From assembly GCA_964344235.1 (NCBI GenBank), contig CAYFMJ010000001.1, positions 160,001-224,000 of the forward strand: a stretch of DNA of 64,000 bases, written 5' to 3'. Shown here in pieces: positions 27,897-36,183 of the stretch. Position 1 is the stretch's first letter; every line of letters starts with the position of its first letter. A program made the position numbers and the translations under genes. The notes below the pieces were generated by a model that was not told the origin of the DNA, searched no databases, and saw only the letters and a list, made by a program, of their open reading frames with translations. Source of the DNA: an uncultured Methanosarcinales archaeon. GTDB lineage: Archaea; Nanobdellota; Nanobdellia; Woesearchaeales; GW2011-AR9.

Positions 27897-28778
27897 ATGA
27901 GTATCAAGCGTATCTATGAGACGAAGTATAAACTACTTCTGTGGATTCCGATTGTGTTAGTAGTACTTGCATTTGCACAAATTGGTATGCAGTATTCTCA
28001 GACGGGCGATTTTGTGAACAAAGGAATTAGCCTGAAAGGTGGTTCAACGTTTACGTTAGAAGAATTACCAGCAATGAGCGGGGAGGAGTTGGAGCTTTTG
28101 TTACAAGAGCAATTTCCCGGAGGAGATATTACTGTACGTAGTTTGAGTTCTGGAGGAAGTATTGTTGGGTTATCTGTTGATTCCGATGCGCAGGAACAGG
28201 CTGAGATTGATGTGGTGTTAAACGCGATTGTACAGCAAACAGGTATTGGTAAAGAAAAAATTAGTGTTGAAGTGACTGGTTCTTCATTGGGAGAGAATTT
28301 CTTCAAGCAAACGTTCTGGGCGTTGATTTTTGCTTTCTTACTGATGGGCTTTGTGGTTTCCATTTATTTCAGAAAATTGGTGCCAAGTTTGACGGTTGTT
28401 GCTTCAGCGTTCTCAGATATTGTGATCACATTGGCTATTTTTAATTTAACGAATATTCCGTTAAGCTCGGCAGGGGTTGCGGCTTTCTTAATGATTATTG
28501 GTTATAGTGTAGATACAGATATTTTATTGAATACTCGATTATTGAAACGTAAGGAAGGAACGCAAGTGGAGCGGGTGTATAGCTCTATGAAAACCGGGTT
28601 AACGATGACCGCTACAACATTAATGGCGGTTGTTGTGAGTATTATTTTTGTGCAGAGTGAAGTGATTAAACAAATTATGATTATTTTAGCAATTGGTTTG
28701 GTGGTTGATACGTTAATGACGTATATCTTTAACGTAGGAATATTACGATTATACTTGGAGAAGAAGAGGCGACGATGA
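27897..28778 (+). CDS. secF: Protein-export membrane protein SecF (archaeal type)
   Basis: GISLKGG, IIGYSVDTDILL; TATA TTTAAATA at 27866-27873. Confidence 0.93.
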   Translation: MSIKRIYETKYKLLLWIPIVLVVLAFAQIGMQYSQTGDFVNKGISLKGGSTFTLEELPAMSGEELELLLQEQFPGGDITVRSLSSGGSIVGLSVDSDAQEQAEIDVVLNAIVQQTGIGKEKISVEVTGSSLGENFFKQTFWALIFAFLLMGFVVSIYFRKLVPSLTVVASAFSDIVITLAIFNLTNIPLSSAGVAAFLMIIGYSVDTDILLNTRLLKRKEGTQVERVYSSMKTGLTMTATTLMAVVVSIIFVQSEVIKQIMIILAIGLVVDTLMTYIFNVGILRLYLEKKRRR

Positions 28779-30346
28779 CGTTGAAAGAAGTGTTTAAGAG
28801 TTGGAAAGTGATTTTGCTAGTTGCATTTCTGTTACTTTCTTTACTTACAATTAAACCGCAATTATTCGGTACGGATGGCGTGATGATTCAATCCGTTGCA
28901 GCCAATTCTTCTGCGGCAAATGGTGGTATGCAAACTCCACCTTCTTCACTGCCGCCATTAGCAAAGGAACGAATTATCTCGGTTGATGGGCAGGGTGTTA
29001 ATTCTGTTGATGAATATTATGCGGCCGTTACTGCGTTACAACCAGGTGAACCGGTGACTATTGAAACGAGTAACGGGATGATTTATTCGTTGCTTGCACG
29101 CGATGATGTTGATTTAGGAATTCGAGTAAAAGAAGCACCAACATCTAATCTACGAAAAGGGCTAGATTTAGCAGGTGGGACAAGAGTGTTACTGGCACCG
29201 GAGACGCAAATTTCCGAGGAAGATTTAGAGTTAGTTATTGGAAATTTACAACAGCGGCTTAATGTCTATGGTTTGGGGGATGTGACAGTACAAGCTGCAG
29301 CTGATTTGGCGGGAAACAGTTTTATTTTGGTTGAAATGGCGGGAGTTACTGAGGAAGAGGTTAAGCAGTTATTGGCAAGCCAGGGAAAGTTTGAAGCAAA
29401 GATTGGTAATGAGACTGTCTTTTATGGCGGGGATAAAGATGTTACGTATGTTTGTCGGAGTGCGGAATGTTCTGGATTAGACGCATCACGAGGGTGTGTC
29501 ACGGGAGAGGATGGACATTCTTCGTATTGCAGTTTCTTCTTTGCGATTACGTTAAGTCCTGAAGCAGCTGAGCGGCAGTCGGAAGCGACGAAGAATCTGG
29601 ACGTCTTACCGGATGGATATTTGAGTGAAGACATTACGCTATTCTTAGATGATGTTCAGGTAGATAGCCTACGAATCGGGCAAGATTTACAGGGAAGACC
29701 AGTGACAAACATCCAAATTTCTGGTTCTGGAAGTGGGCCAAATCAAGAAGCAGCGATTGATGATACGTTACAGAGTATGAAGCGATTGCAAACGATTTTA
29801 ATTACAGGAAGTTTACCTGTGAAGTTGGATATTGTAAAGCTTGATACGGTTTCTCCAACGCTTGGTCAAGAATTTTTGAATAACATCTGGTTTGTTGGGT
29901 TGTTGGTGATTATAGTAGTTAGTGTTGTTGTGTTTTTGAGGTATCGTAAAGTTAAAGTTAAAGTTATTGTGCCGATGGTTCTTACATTATTATCGGAATT
30001 AGTGCTGATTTTGGGATTTGCAGCACTCGTTGGTTGGAATTTAGATTTGGCGGGAATTGCTGGTATTTTGATTGTTGTAGGAACGGGAGTGGATCATTTG
30101 ATCGTTATTACGGATGAAACGTTGCGGGGAGAACATATTTCAAATTGGAAGACTAAAATTAAGAATGCGATGTTTATTGTGATGGGTGCATACTTTACCA
30201 CGTTTGCCGGTATGTTGCCGTTATTATGGGCAGGTGCAGGATTGTTGAAAGGGTTTGCGTTAACAACGATTGCGGGTATTTCGTTTGGTGTGTTAATTGC
30301 ACGGCCCGCATATGCAGTGATTATTGAGAAGTTGTTGAAGGATTAG
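28775..30346 (+). CDS. secD: Protein-export membrane protein SecD (archaeal type)
   Basis: GLDLAGG, RLNVYGL, SPTLG, GTGVD, LKGFALTT. Confidence 0.93.
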   Translation: MTLKEVFKSWKVILLVAFLLLSLLTIKPQLFGTDGVMIQSVAANSSAANGGMQTPPSSLPPLAKERIISVDGQGVNSVDEYYAAVTALQPGEPVTIETSNGMIYSLLARDDVDLGIRVKEAPTSNLRKGLDLAGGTRVLLAPETQISEEDLELVIGNLQQRLNVYGLGDVTVQAAADLAGNSFILVEMAGVTEEEVKQLLASQGKFEAKIGNETVFYGGDKDVTYVCRSAECSGLDASRGCVTGEDGHSSYCSFFFAITLSPEAAERQSEATKNLDVLPDGYLSEDITLFLDDVQVDSLRIGQDLQGRPVTNIQISGSGSGPNQEAAIDDTLQSMKRLQTILITGSLPVKLDIVKLDTVSPTLGQEFLNNIWFVGLLVIIVVSVVVFLRYRKVKVKVIVPMVLTLLSELVLILGFAALVGWNLDLAGIAGILIVVGTGVDHLIVITDETLRGEHISNWKTKIKNAMFIVMGAYFTTFAGMLPLLWAGAGLLKGFALTTIAGISFGVLIARPAYAVIIEKLLKD

Positions 30347-30974
30347 TTCCATTTTCAACAATTATTACTTCGCCATCTCGTAGGGTTTTGAAGGGGATTT
30401 TGTGTTTCTTACAATACTCAACTTCTTTGTCAATGTCTGCAGACTCTGGGTGATTTGATTTGTAATGTGGTAAAATAATATAATCTAATATCTCTAAGCC
30501 GTCCCAAATTACGACTTTTAACCCTTCATAAGGCATGTCTGTTGCGTCGTCAACAATTTGAAGTGAATGTAGGTCTGGGGCAAGAACACAGATTCCTGCA
30601 CTATATCCCGAATAAAGAAAATCATCCCTGTTCTCTAAACTTTTAATAATTTCGTCAAAACCACTAAGTTTCATTGCTTGGCGCAATACAAAAGTGTTAC
30701 CCCCTCTCACGAAAACACCACCTAGTTGATCTAATTTTCTTTTTAATTTATCACTTTTGCCGAAATAATTCTGCAAATCAATTACCTCAACATCAAAACC
30801 AAGATCTCTTAACAGGTCGACTTCTTTCTTAATTGATAGTTCCCTTCGAGCAGGGTCTGCTCCAGAAAAATCTAAAGCGTTAGGGATATAACCAAGAATT
30901 TTGCCCGAGGGCATCATTTCCTTTAACTTGTCGACTTTTTCTCCAAGTTTGTATGATGATAAATAGAGTTTCAT
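30321..30974 (-). CDS. Peptidase E (S51, class I glutamine amidotransferase-like)
   Basis: VRGGNTFVL, GYSAG nucleophile, LPHY. Confidence 0.88.
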   Translation of the reverse strand: MKLYLSSYKLGEKVDKLKEMMPSGKILGYIPNALDFSGADPARRELSIKKEVDLLRDLGFDVEVIDLQNYFGKSDKLKRKLDQLGGVFVRGGNTFVLRQAMKLSGFDEIIKSLENRDDFLYSGYSAGICVLAPDLHSLQIVDDATDMPYEGLKVVIWDGLEILDYIILPHYKSNHPESADIDKEVEYCKKHKIPFKTLRDGEVIIVENGTNPSTTSQ

Positions 30975-30976
30975 CC

Positions 30977-31495
30977 TTAATGAACCAACGCTTTTCGCAT
31001 GTTTTTTCTGTAGCCAAATAATCTGCTAAAAACATAGGGGAGAATAAATGCTACCGCAAACACGATACCAACGATTAATGGATTGTGTGTTGGATTGGTC
31101 AGAGTTAATTCTTTAATGAAGTTGTTTGAAACAAAGACGACAATAACCATGTTAGTAATAGCAAGCACGGGAATAATAATGCTGGCAAGTACGTGGTGTT
31201 TTCGTTGTAAGTGACCGATGTCCATAATCAATAAGTTGTAAAGAAAACCTAAAGCTCCTGCAAGTAAAATAGTAATGCTGTAGAGAATGTATTGATTAAA
31301 GACAATAAGAAACGGAATTAAAATGAGGGAGAGAACGACGTTGCCAAAGATGATAACGATGAGAGCACTCCAAAAGACGATTTTAGAAAAATGAACATCT
31401 TGTTTCTCAGCTCGTTCTAATGAAGCTTCTGCTTCTCTAATTTCTTTTTCTGTCCAGCCTTTTTGTAGTAGTTCTCTTTTTTTTGCAAGATTCAT
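30977..31495 (-). CDS. Hypothetical membrane protein (about 4 TM)
   Basis: KGWTEKEI N-terminus followed by hydrophobic helices; overlaps the minD stop. Confidence 0.7.
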   Translation of the reverse strand: MNLAKKRELLQKGWTEKEIREAEASLERAEKQDVHFSKIVFWSALIVIIFGNVVLSLILIPFLIVFNQYILYSITILLAGALGFLYNLLIMDIGHLQRKHHVLASIIIPVLAITNMVIVVFVSNNFIKELTLTNPTHNPLIVGIVFAVAFILPYVFSRLFGYRKNMRKALVH

Positions 31496-32208
31496 TGTGG
31501 AAAGTCCATACTTAGGTGCTGTGCTACTCTGCCAAATTCACGTGCGGATCTGCAGCGAGGGTACTTGTAATTAAGGGGAAGTTGTTTGTGCAATGCTTTG
31601 CGCATTTTTTTATCAGAACGGATATTTGCGAGGATTGGGTGGCCAAGAATTTCTGCCACTTCCGCTTCTGATAATTCGTACCTGCCTTTGTTGGTCATGT
31701 TAAGAATAACTCCTGTGACTAACGTGTTATTGGTCCGTGCTAGCTCGATTGTTTTTAATGCGTCCATGACGGAGCTTAAAGTAGGGTTGGCAACGATAAT
31801 TGTTTCGTTACTGTGTTTCATGATTTGCTCTACCTCATATCCTAATCCACTTGGTGAGTCTATCAAAACGAAATCGGCCGTGTTGTTTAAGTGGTCAAAT
31901 ACTTTACTCAGGTTTTGTGAATTGGTTTTTTGAAATTCTGAGTATGAAGGGGAAGAGGGGATGATCGAAATACCACTCTCATGAAGATAAGTTATCTCTT
32001 TCAGACTCTTCTCTTTTCGTAAGAATTTGTTGAGTGTCCCTTCCGGATTCATTAAGCCAAGTTGGATAGCAATGTTAGGAGTAACGAGGTTGGCATCAAG
32101 TAAGACGACTTTCTTTCCTCTTTCAGAAAGAGCATGTCCTATGTTTAATGTTGTTGTGGTTTTACCAACGCCACCTTTTCCAGAAGCAATTGCAATAAAT
32201 TTAGTCAT
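31492..32208 (-). CDS. minD: MinD/ParA-family ATPase
   Basis: ASGKGGVGKTT, LLDAN, IDSP. Confidence 0.88.
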   Translation of the reverse strand: MTKFIAIASGKGGVGKTTTTLNIGHALSERGKKVVLLDANLVTPNIAIQLGLMNPEGTLNKFLRKEKSLKEITYLHESGISIIPSSPSYSEFQKTNSQNLSKVFDHLNNTADFVLIDSPSGLGYEVEQIMKHSNETIIVANPTLSSVMDALKTIELARTNNTLVTGVILNMTNKGRYELSEAEVAEILGHPILANIRSDKKMRKALHKQLPLNYKYPRCRSAREFGRVAQHLSMDFPQ

Positions 32209-32268
32209 CCTATCTCCTCAGTACTGTATTGGGAAGAAGGAGTTTTTAATGTTTTTGTTCTTGTACCA

Positions 32269-32365
32269 GTAATATGTCTGCTTGCACGGCACGATTACGG
32301 CGACAACATCGAGTTGCTTAATTTTACGTCGCCGTGTGCCTCCATTGGCAAAGCTGACATATTAC
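32269..32365. ncRNA. Candidate structured RNA, long hairpin, identity unknown
   Basis: GTAATATGTC/GACATATTAC, GGCAC/GTGCC, ACGGCGAC/GTCGCCGT nested stems. Confidence 0.55.
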
Positions 32366-32371
32366 ATAGAA

Positions 32372-32845
32372 TTATAGATCTTCCTCAGCGGGTTTGCCAA
32401 CGAGAGAATTCCACGCATGATCGTAGAAGCGGTGAATGAATTTTTCAGAATTTAGAAGGTTATCAATTTTGATTTCAGATGTTGCGTGATCCATTTTAGT
32501 AATTAATGTCACGTGACGACGGAATTCTTCCCGTTTTTGATGCGGTGATTTGAGAATGGTTTTAAGGAATGTGTAGAATTTGAGATGTTTTTGTAGCTCT
32601 GCATCGTCTGGATAGAGTTGGGAAACTTTCGTTGCTCGTAGAGCAGGGCTCTTCGGGAGACTATCAATTTTGCCTTCTTCTCTTGCATGTTCCAGGTATG
32701 CTTCGATGATCATATCAAACGTGCTTACTAACCTGTTAAGAGCATTGAGAATTACATCAACAGTCCGAGTATACTTCAGACTTACATATATAATGTGTTC
32801 GAGGCGTTTGAGTTCCTCCCGTGCTTCAAGTAAGAATTCTTCCAT
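32372..32845 (-). CDS. Conserved hypothetical helical-bundle protein (possibly HEPN-like)
   Basis: EAREELKRLEHIIYVSLKYTRTVDVI...EEFRRHVTLI. Confidence 0.6.
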   Translation of the reverse strand: MEEFLLEAREELKRLEHIIYVSLKYTRTVDVILNALNRLVSTFDMIIEAYLEHAREEGKIDSLPKSPALRATKVSQLYPDDAELQKHLKFYTFLKTILKSPHQKREEFRRHVTLITKMDHATSEIKIDNLLNSEKFIHRFYDHAWNSLVGKPAEEDL

Positions 32846-32884
32846 TCGTATATACTCCCGCTGAGTAAAAAAATCCCTCTCTTT

Positions 32885-33361
32885 TTATTCTTTTCTGTTA
32901 ATAATGACTGAGATTTTGTCAAGAAATGCTTTGTTGTAGTCTAAGTATTCTCTGATATCTGCTGCAGAGAGTTGTTGAAGGTGGTAATCTTTACTGCAAA
33001 TGACTAATCTGTCGTGGCGCTTGAACTCCATTGGACTTACTTTGTGTAGATTGAGAATTTCTTTAATAGTGGTGAGGGTTTGTGTATGTTCGGGGAGAAT
33101 GTTGTTTCTGCGAGATGATTTTAAGCGAAATGTGTTGAGTTTCTCTAAAAATGTTGAGCCATAGTTAGGCACTAGCTGTAATTGCTTCTCGTACTGTAGG
33201 AGGGAGTCCATGGCATGTTCCATTGATGCGAGGATATTGTTGAGGATTCCCAAAAGAAGTTTGGGATCTTTGACTAATGGATGAGTTACAGTAAGAAGAT
33301 GGAACGCTGCGTCGTATTGGAATTGTGCTTTTTCTAGAGATTGTTGATAGTCTTCGGGCAT
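32885..33361 (-). CDS. Conserved hypothetical helical-bundle protein (possibly HEPN-like), apparent distant paralogue of the neighbour
   Basis: EKAQFQYDAAFHLLTVTHPLVKDPKLLL...SPMEFKRHDRLVI. Confidence 0.6.
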   Translation of the reverse strand: MPEDYQQSLEKAQFQYDAAFHLLTVTHPLVKDPKLLLGILNNILASMEHAMDSLLQYEKQLQLVPNYGSTFLEKLNTFRLKSSRRNNILPEHTQTLTTIKEILNLHKVSPMEFKRHDRLVICSKDYHLQQLSAADIREYLDYNKAFLDKISVIINRKE

Positions 33362-33391
33362 TCTAATAGTGAGGGGAGAGAATTATAAAAA

Positions 33392-33733
33392 TTATTCGTC
33401 AGAAAGTTTCATAATTGCTTCCGCCAAGTCCCCTTTGGTTTCTGCCAGAGCTTGTTTCACAGTTGCTTCGTCTTTGCCCGTTTGCTCCATCACAGTTTTG
33501 ATGTCGTCTTCAGAAATTTCAGGCGTTGCGTCACGTTCTTGTTCGTGGATCTCTCCTGAAATTTGAAAGTTTTCATTGCCCATCATATTAACTTTCTGAA
33601 CAGAAGGGTTGGTGATGATAATATCTTTCTCAGCAGTTTTAATGATTACTTCAACCGCAGGAATGTCTTCTTGACGAATTCCCATCTGCTTCATCATTTG
33701 CTGCATTTTCCGAGGATTCATTCCAGGTAGCAT
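33392..33733 (-). CDS. nac: Nascent polypeptide-associated complex protein (aNAC)
   Basis: MNPRKMQQMMKQMGI...EDDIKTVMEQTG...GDLAEAIM; ATG 33733. Confidence 0.93.
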   Translation of the reverse strand: MLPGMNPRKMQQMMKQMGIRQEDIPAVEVIIKTAEKDIIITNPSVQKVNMMGNENFQISGEIHEQERDATPEISEDDIKTVMEQTGKDEATVKQALAETKGDLAEAIMKLSDE

Positions 33734-33734
33734 T

Positions 33735-33893
33735 TTAGTTGATAAAGTGCATGGCAATAACGACGACCATGACAATGATTGAGAGAATAATAACAGTCAT
33801 TGGTGAGAATTCAATTTTCGCTTCTGATTCATCAAAGTAGCGTGTTAGGCCGCCTTGTCCTGATGGTAATCGAATTTTGTTGTCTTTTGCCAT
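33735..33893 (-). CDS. secG: Preprotein translocase subunit Sec61beta/SecG; missed by the ORF track
   Basis: MAKDNKIRLPSGQGGLTRYFDESEAKIEFSP plus a C-terminal TM helix. Confidence 0.9.
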   Translation of the reverse strand: MAKDNKIRLPSGQGGLTRYFDESEAKIEFSPMTVIILSIIVMVVVIAMHFIN

Positions 33894-33901
33894 ATAAACC
33901 G

Positions 33902-33971
33902 TACCGCTTTATCATGCCTGTGGTGCCACGTGCGCTTACTCTGTAAGCTTAGTGCCACAGTCTTTGCGGTA
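33902..33971 (-). promoter_or_regulatory. Structured leader upstream of secG-nac with a kink-turn-like motif
   Basis: TACCGC/GCGGTA, CTGTGG/CCACAG, GCTTAC/GTAAGC stems; opposed GA/GA next to a bulge. Confidence 0.45.
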
Positions 33972-34007
33972 ATTTAGTATTTTTATCTATATTTTATGTG
34001 CTTGTTT

Positions 34008-34676
34008 TTAAGGTTTTCTAATGCCTGGAGCTCCAAATAATGTTCCATTTGCAGGGTTACCTGGGCTAATGTATGTTGCTGTTCTTTCTTCTCCTCTACT
34101 GGATGGAGTGATAAGTGTGGGAATGGTGATTAAAAGTGGTCGGACTGCTTCATAGACCATTTCATTACGGGTTTGCTTGCCTTCTGGAGTGCTCGTATCA
34201 ATGACTTCTTCTGCTTTTTCACTGTGTAGCTTTACTTTTCTGACTCTTTCAGCTGCATTCCTCTCTGCTTCAACCGATGACTCGCTCAAATAGTGAGACA
34301 CAACCCATCCAGCATCGTCGAGTTCACCGATGATAACAAAACCTCCCTCGTAACCGCCGTGGATAAGACTTTGAACGACGTTAGTACAAGAGCCTGACCC
34401 TGGGCCCCTTGTTGGATGGTCCTGAATGTAACCATGACATGTTCTATCTGAAAGTATAACGGCTTTGTAGGCTGGTGCTGCCTCTATTAAGCCAGTAAGG
34501 TCCCTATTTCCTGGAGCTCTACGGCCACCGGGAAAGTGGGGCACTCCTCTTTGGCTCCCTTCGAAACCTTCAAAGAAATCATCGACCCCAATACCTTTGC
34601 CTATCAGGAAGTCGTATAATGATCTTCTTGCGGTTGGGTCGTGGTCAACAAGTAAGGCTCTCGTGTTTAGTGGCAT
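34008..34676 (-). CDS. Hypothetical protein with a receiver-like N-terminus
   Basis: ATG 34676 (upstream part of the track ORF lies inside rnpB); ALLVDHDPTARRSLYDFL. Confidence 0.5.
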   Translation of the reverse strand: MPLNTRALLVDHDPTARRSLYDFLIGKGIGVDDFFEGFEGSQRGVPHFPGGRRAPGNRDLTGLIEAAPAYKAVILSDRTCHGYIQDHPTRGPGSGSCTNVVQSLIHGGYEGGFVIIGELDDAGWVVSHYLSESSVEAERNAAERVRKVKLHSEKAEEVIDTSTPEGKQTRNEMVYEAVRPLLITIPTLITPSSRGEERTATYISPGNPANGTLFGAPGIRKP

Positions 34677-34691
34677 TGTATTTTGTAAGTA

Positions 34692-35010
34692 GGTAGAGTG
34701 GCATAAGCCGCCTTTTGTCAGTCTCCGGTTGGAAAGACTGTGAGAGCATTCTACTAAGCGTGTTAGACACTTGCACCATCTGGGATTCGCCGTTTCATCG
34801 GTTCCCATGGAGACGTCAGCAGGTTAACTCGCATGCTTTGCAGCATACTTCGCCATTATACCAAAGGTTGCATCATTCCATTCCATGGGGCGTGTCGTTT
34901 CTGAGCCAGAGCCGTTCATTTCTGAACCCCTCAAAGAGGGCAGTAGGTTGATACTTAGTGGGCGGACTTTCCTCAGTCAGGTGACCGTAAGCTCTCTGCC
35001 ACCACTACCT
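34692..35010 (-). ncRNA. rnpB: RNase P RNA
   Basis: Minus strand has GAGGAAAGTCC (34974-34964) and ACAAAAGGCGGCTTA (34718-34704) P4 signatures; 5' GGTAGTGGTGGGCA pairs with 3' TGCCACTCTACC. Confidence 0.93.
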
Positions 35011-35049
35011 ATCGTCTTTGTGGAGTGATTACTTTATAAGCTTTTTGTA

Positions 35050-35736
35050 CTAAATAACGTCAACTTTGAGAAGTAGTTTTTGCATGCCTTCTACATGACC
35101 TGCTCCAACGACAGCAAGAATGTTTTTCTCCGGATATTTTCGTAGTAACTGGATGAGTTTTTTCACCATGTATTTATTTCTGTCTTCAACAAGTGTTTGG
35201 TAGATGGAGGGATAACGGTTCTTCAAGGGTTTCATCATTTGTGTTATGACATCTTGCTCTGGTACGGAACGGAGATCGAACGTTGTTAATCCTAATTCTT
35301 TCAGTTGTTTTTTAGGAGTGAAGATACCCTTGAAGATGTCTGCAATGAATCTGCCTCGTTCTTTCCACGTTAAGCCTTTAGAGAATTTTTTCAGTGTAAT
35401 CTGAATTGGTTGGTCGATTAAAGCGATTTGCAGTTTGTTCTTTTTTGCTAGATCGAGAGCTGCTCTCATATCAGCACCAGGGGTGATGCCCACTTTCGCC
35501 CCCAATTTTTGCTGGACTATTTGGCCGATTTTCGCAAAGAGATACCCTTTGAAACCGAGTTGAGGAATAGCTGCAGCAGAGATTTTTGTTTTCTGTTTCT
35601 GATAGAGTGCATTAGCTCGTTGGAGATCGAGTTCTACTGCAATGATATCTGGCTTTTTCTGGTTAATTGTTTGTTCAATCTCTTTGATGCTCTGTTCGGC
35701 GATGTGTGACGTGCCAATAAGAGTGAGTCGCTCCAT
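35050..35736 (-). CDS. TraB/PrgY/GumN-family protein
   Basis: LIGTSHI, AVELD, PGADM, EDRNKYM, VVGAGHVEG. Confidence 0.88.
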   Translation of the reverse strand: MERLTLIGTSHIAEQSIKEIEQTINQKKPDIIAVELDLQRANALYQKQKTKISAAAIPQLGFKGYLFAKIGQIVQQKLGAKVGITPGADMRAALDLAKKNKLQIALIDQPIQITLKKFSKGLTWKERGRFIADIFKGIFTPKKQLKELGLTTFDLRSVPEQDVITQMMKPLKNRYPSIYQTLVEDRNKYMVKKLIQLLRKYPEKNILAVVGAGHVEGMQKLLLKVDVI

Positions 35737-35826
35737 GAGTTGTTTGTTGTTAGGGGTGGTTATAAGTGTTTCTGAACAGAAAAGTATTTAAACTTCATTT
35801 GTCTTGATGCCAAGAGGTGGTTTATA

Positions 35827-36102
35827 ATGTTAAAGATGAAGAAAGTTTCTGATACATACGATTTACGGGTTTTTACTGATTCCGGAGATTATTTTGGTGA
35901 TATTGAAGACAGTATTGTGGCGAGTAATAAGATTTCTGGATGGAAAATTAAAGCAACGAAAAATTCGTTCTTAAGTAAAGTGTTGGGTAGTGCGAAGGGA
36001 GTTATTGTGCCGCATCAGTTAGTGAAAGCTGTTGGTGATATTCTGATCATTTCCCGGAATGCCGTACCAAGTCCAAGTGCTTCTGAAGAGGCAGAGGAAT
36101 AA
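35827..36102 (+). CDS. PRC-barrel domain protein
   Basis: VFTDSGDYFGDIED...VPHQLVKAVGDILII. Confidence 0.85.
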   Translation: MLKMKKVSDTYDLRVFTDSGDYFGDIEDSIVASNKISGWKIKATKNSFLSKVLGSAKGVIVPHQLVKAVGDILIISRNAVPSPSASEEAEE

Positions 36103-36183
36103 AATTGAATTACCGTAAACATATGCAAGATCTATTGCACTATCACTATGTGCAGGGAGAATCTGAAGAAGTTGAGGATTTAG

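Noticed and set aside
29948-29965. AAAGTT x3 tandem repeat in secD (KVKVKV)
   Set aside because: In-frame 6-bp microduplication in a loop; no evidence of phase variation
32269-32368. Assignment as an H/ACA guide RNA
   Set aside because: An ANA follows the stem, but the pocket-to-box distance is about 23-25 nt rather than 14-16 and no apical K-turn is evident
34677-34951. 5' extension of ORF 34008-34808 and ORF 34715-34951
   Set aside because: Both overlap the RNase P RNA gene
36103-36183. Overlapping TGCAA/TTGCA and TGCAC/GTGCA hairpins between convergent genes
   Set aside because: 5-bp stems are expected by chance; at most a weak terminator
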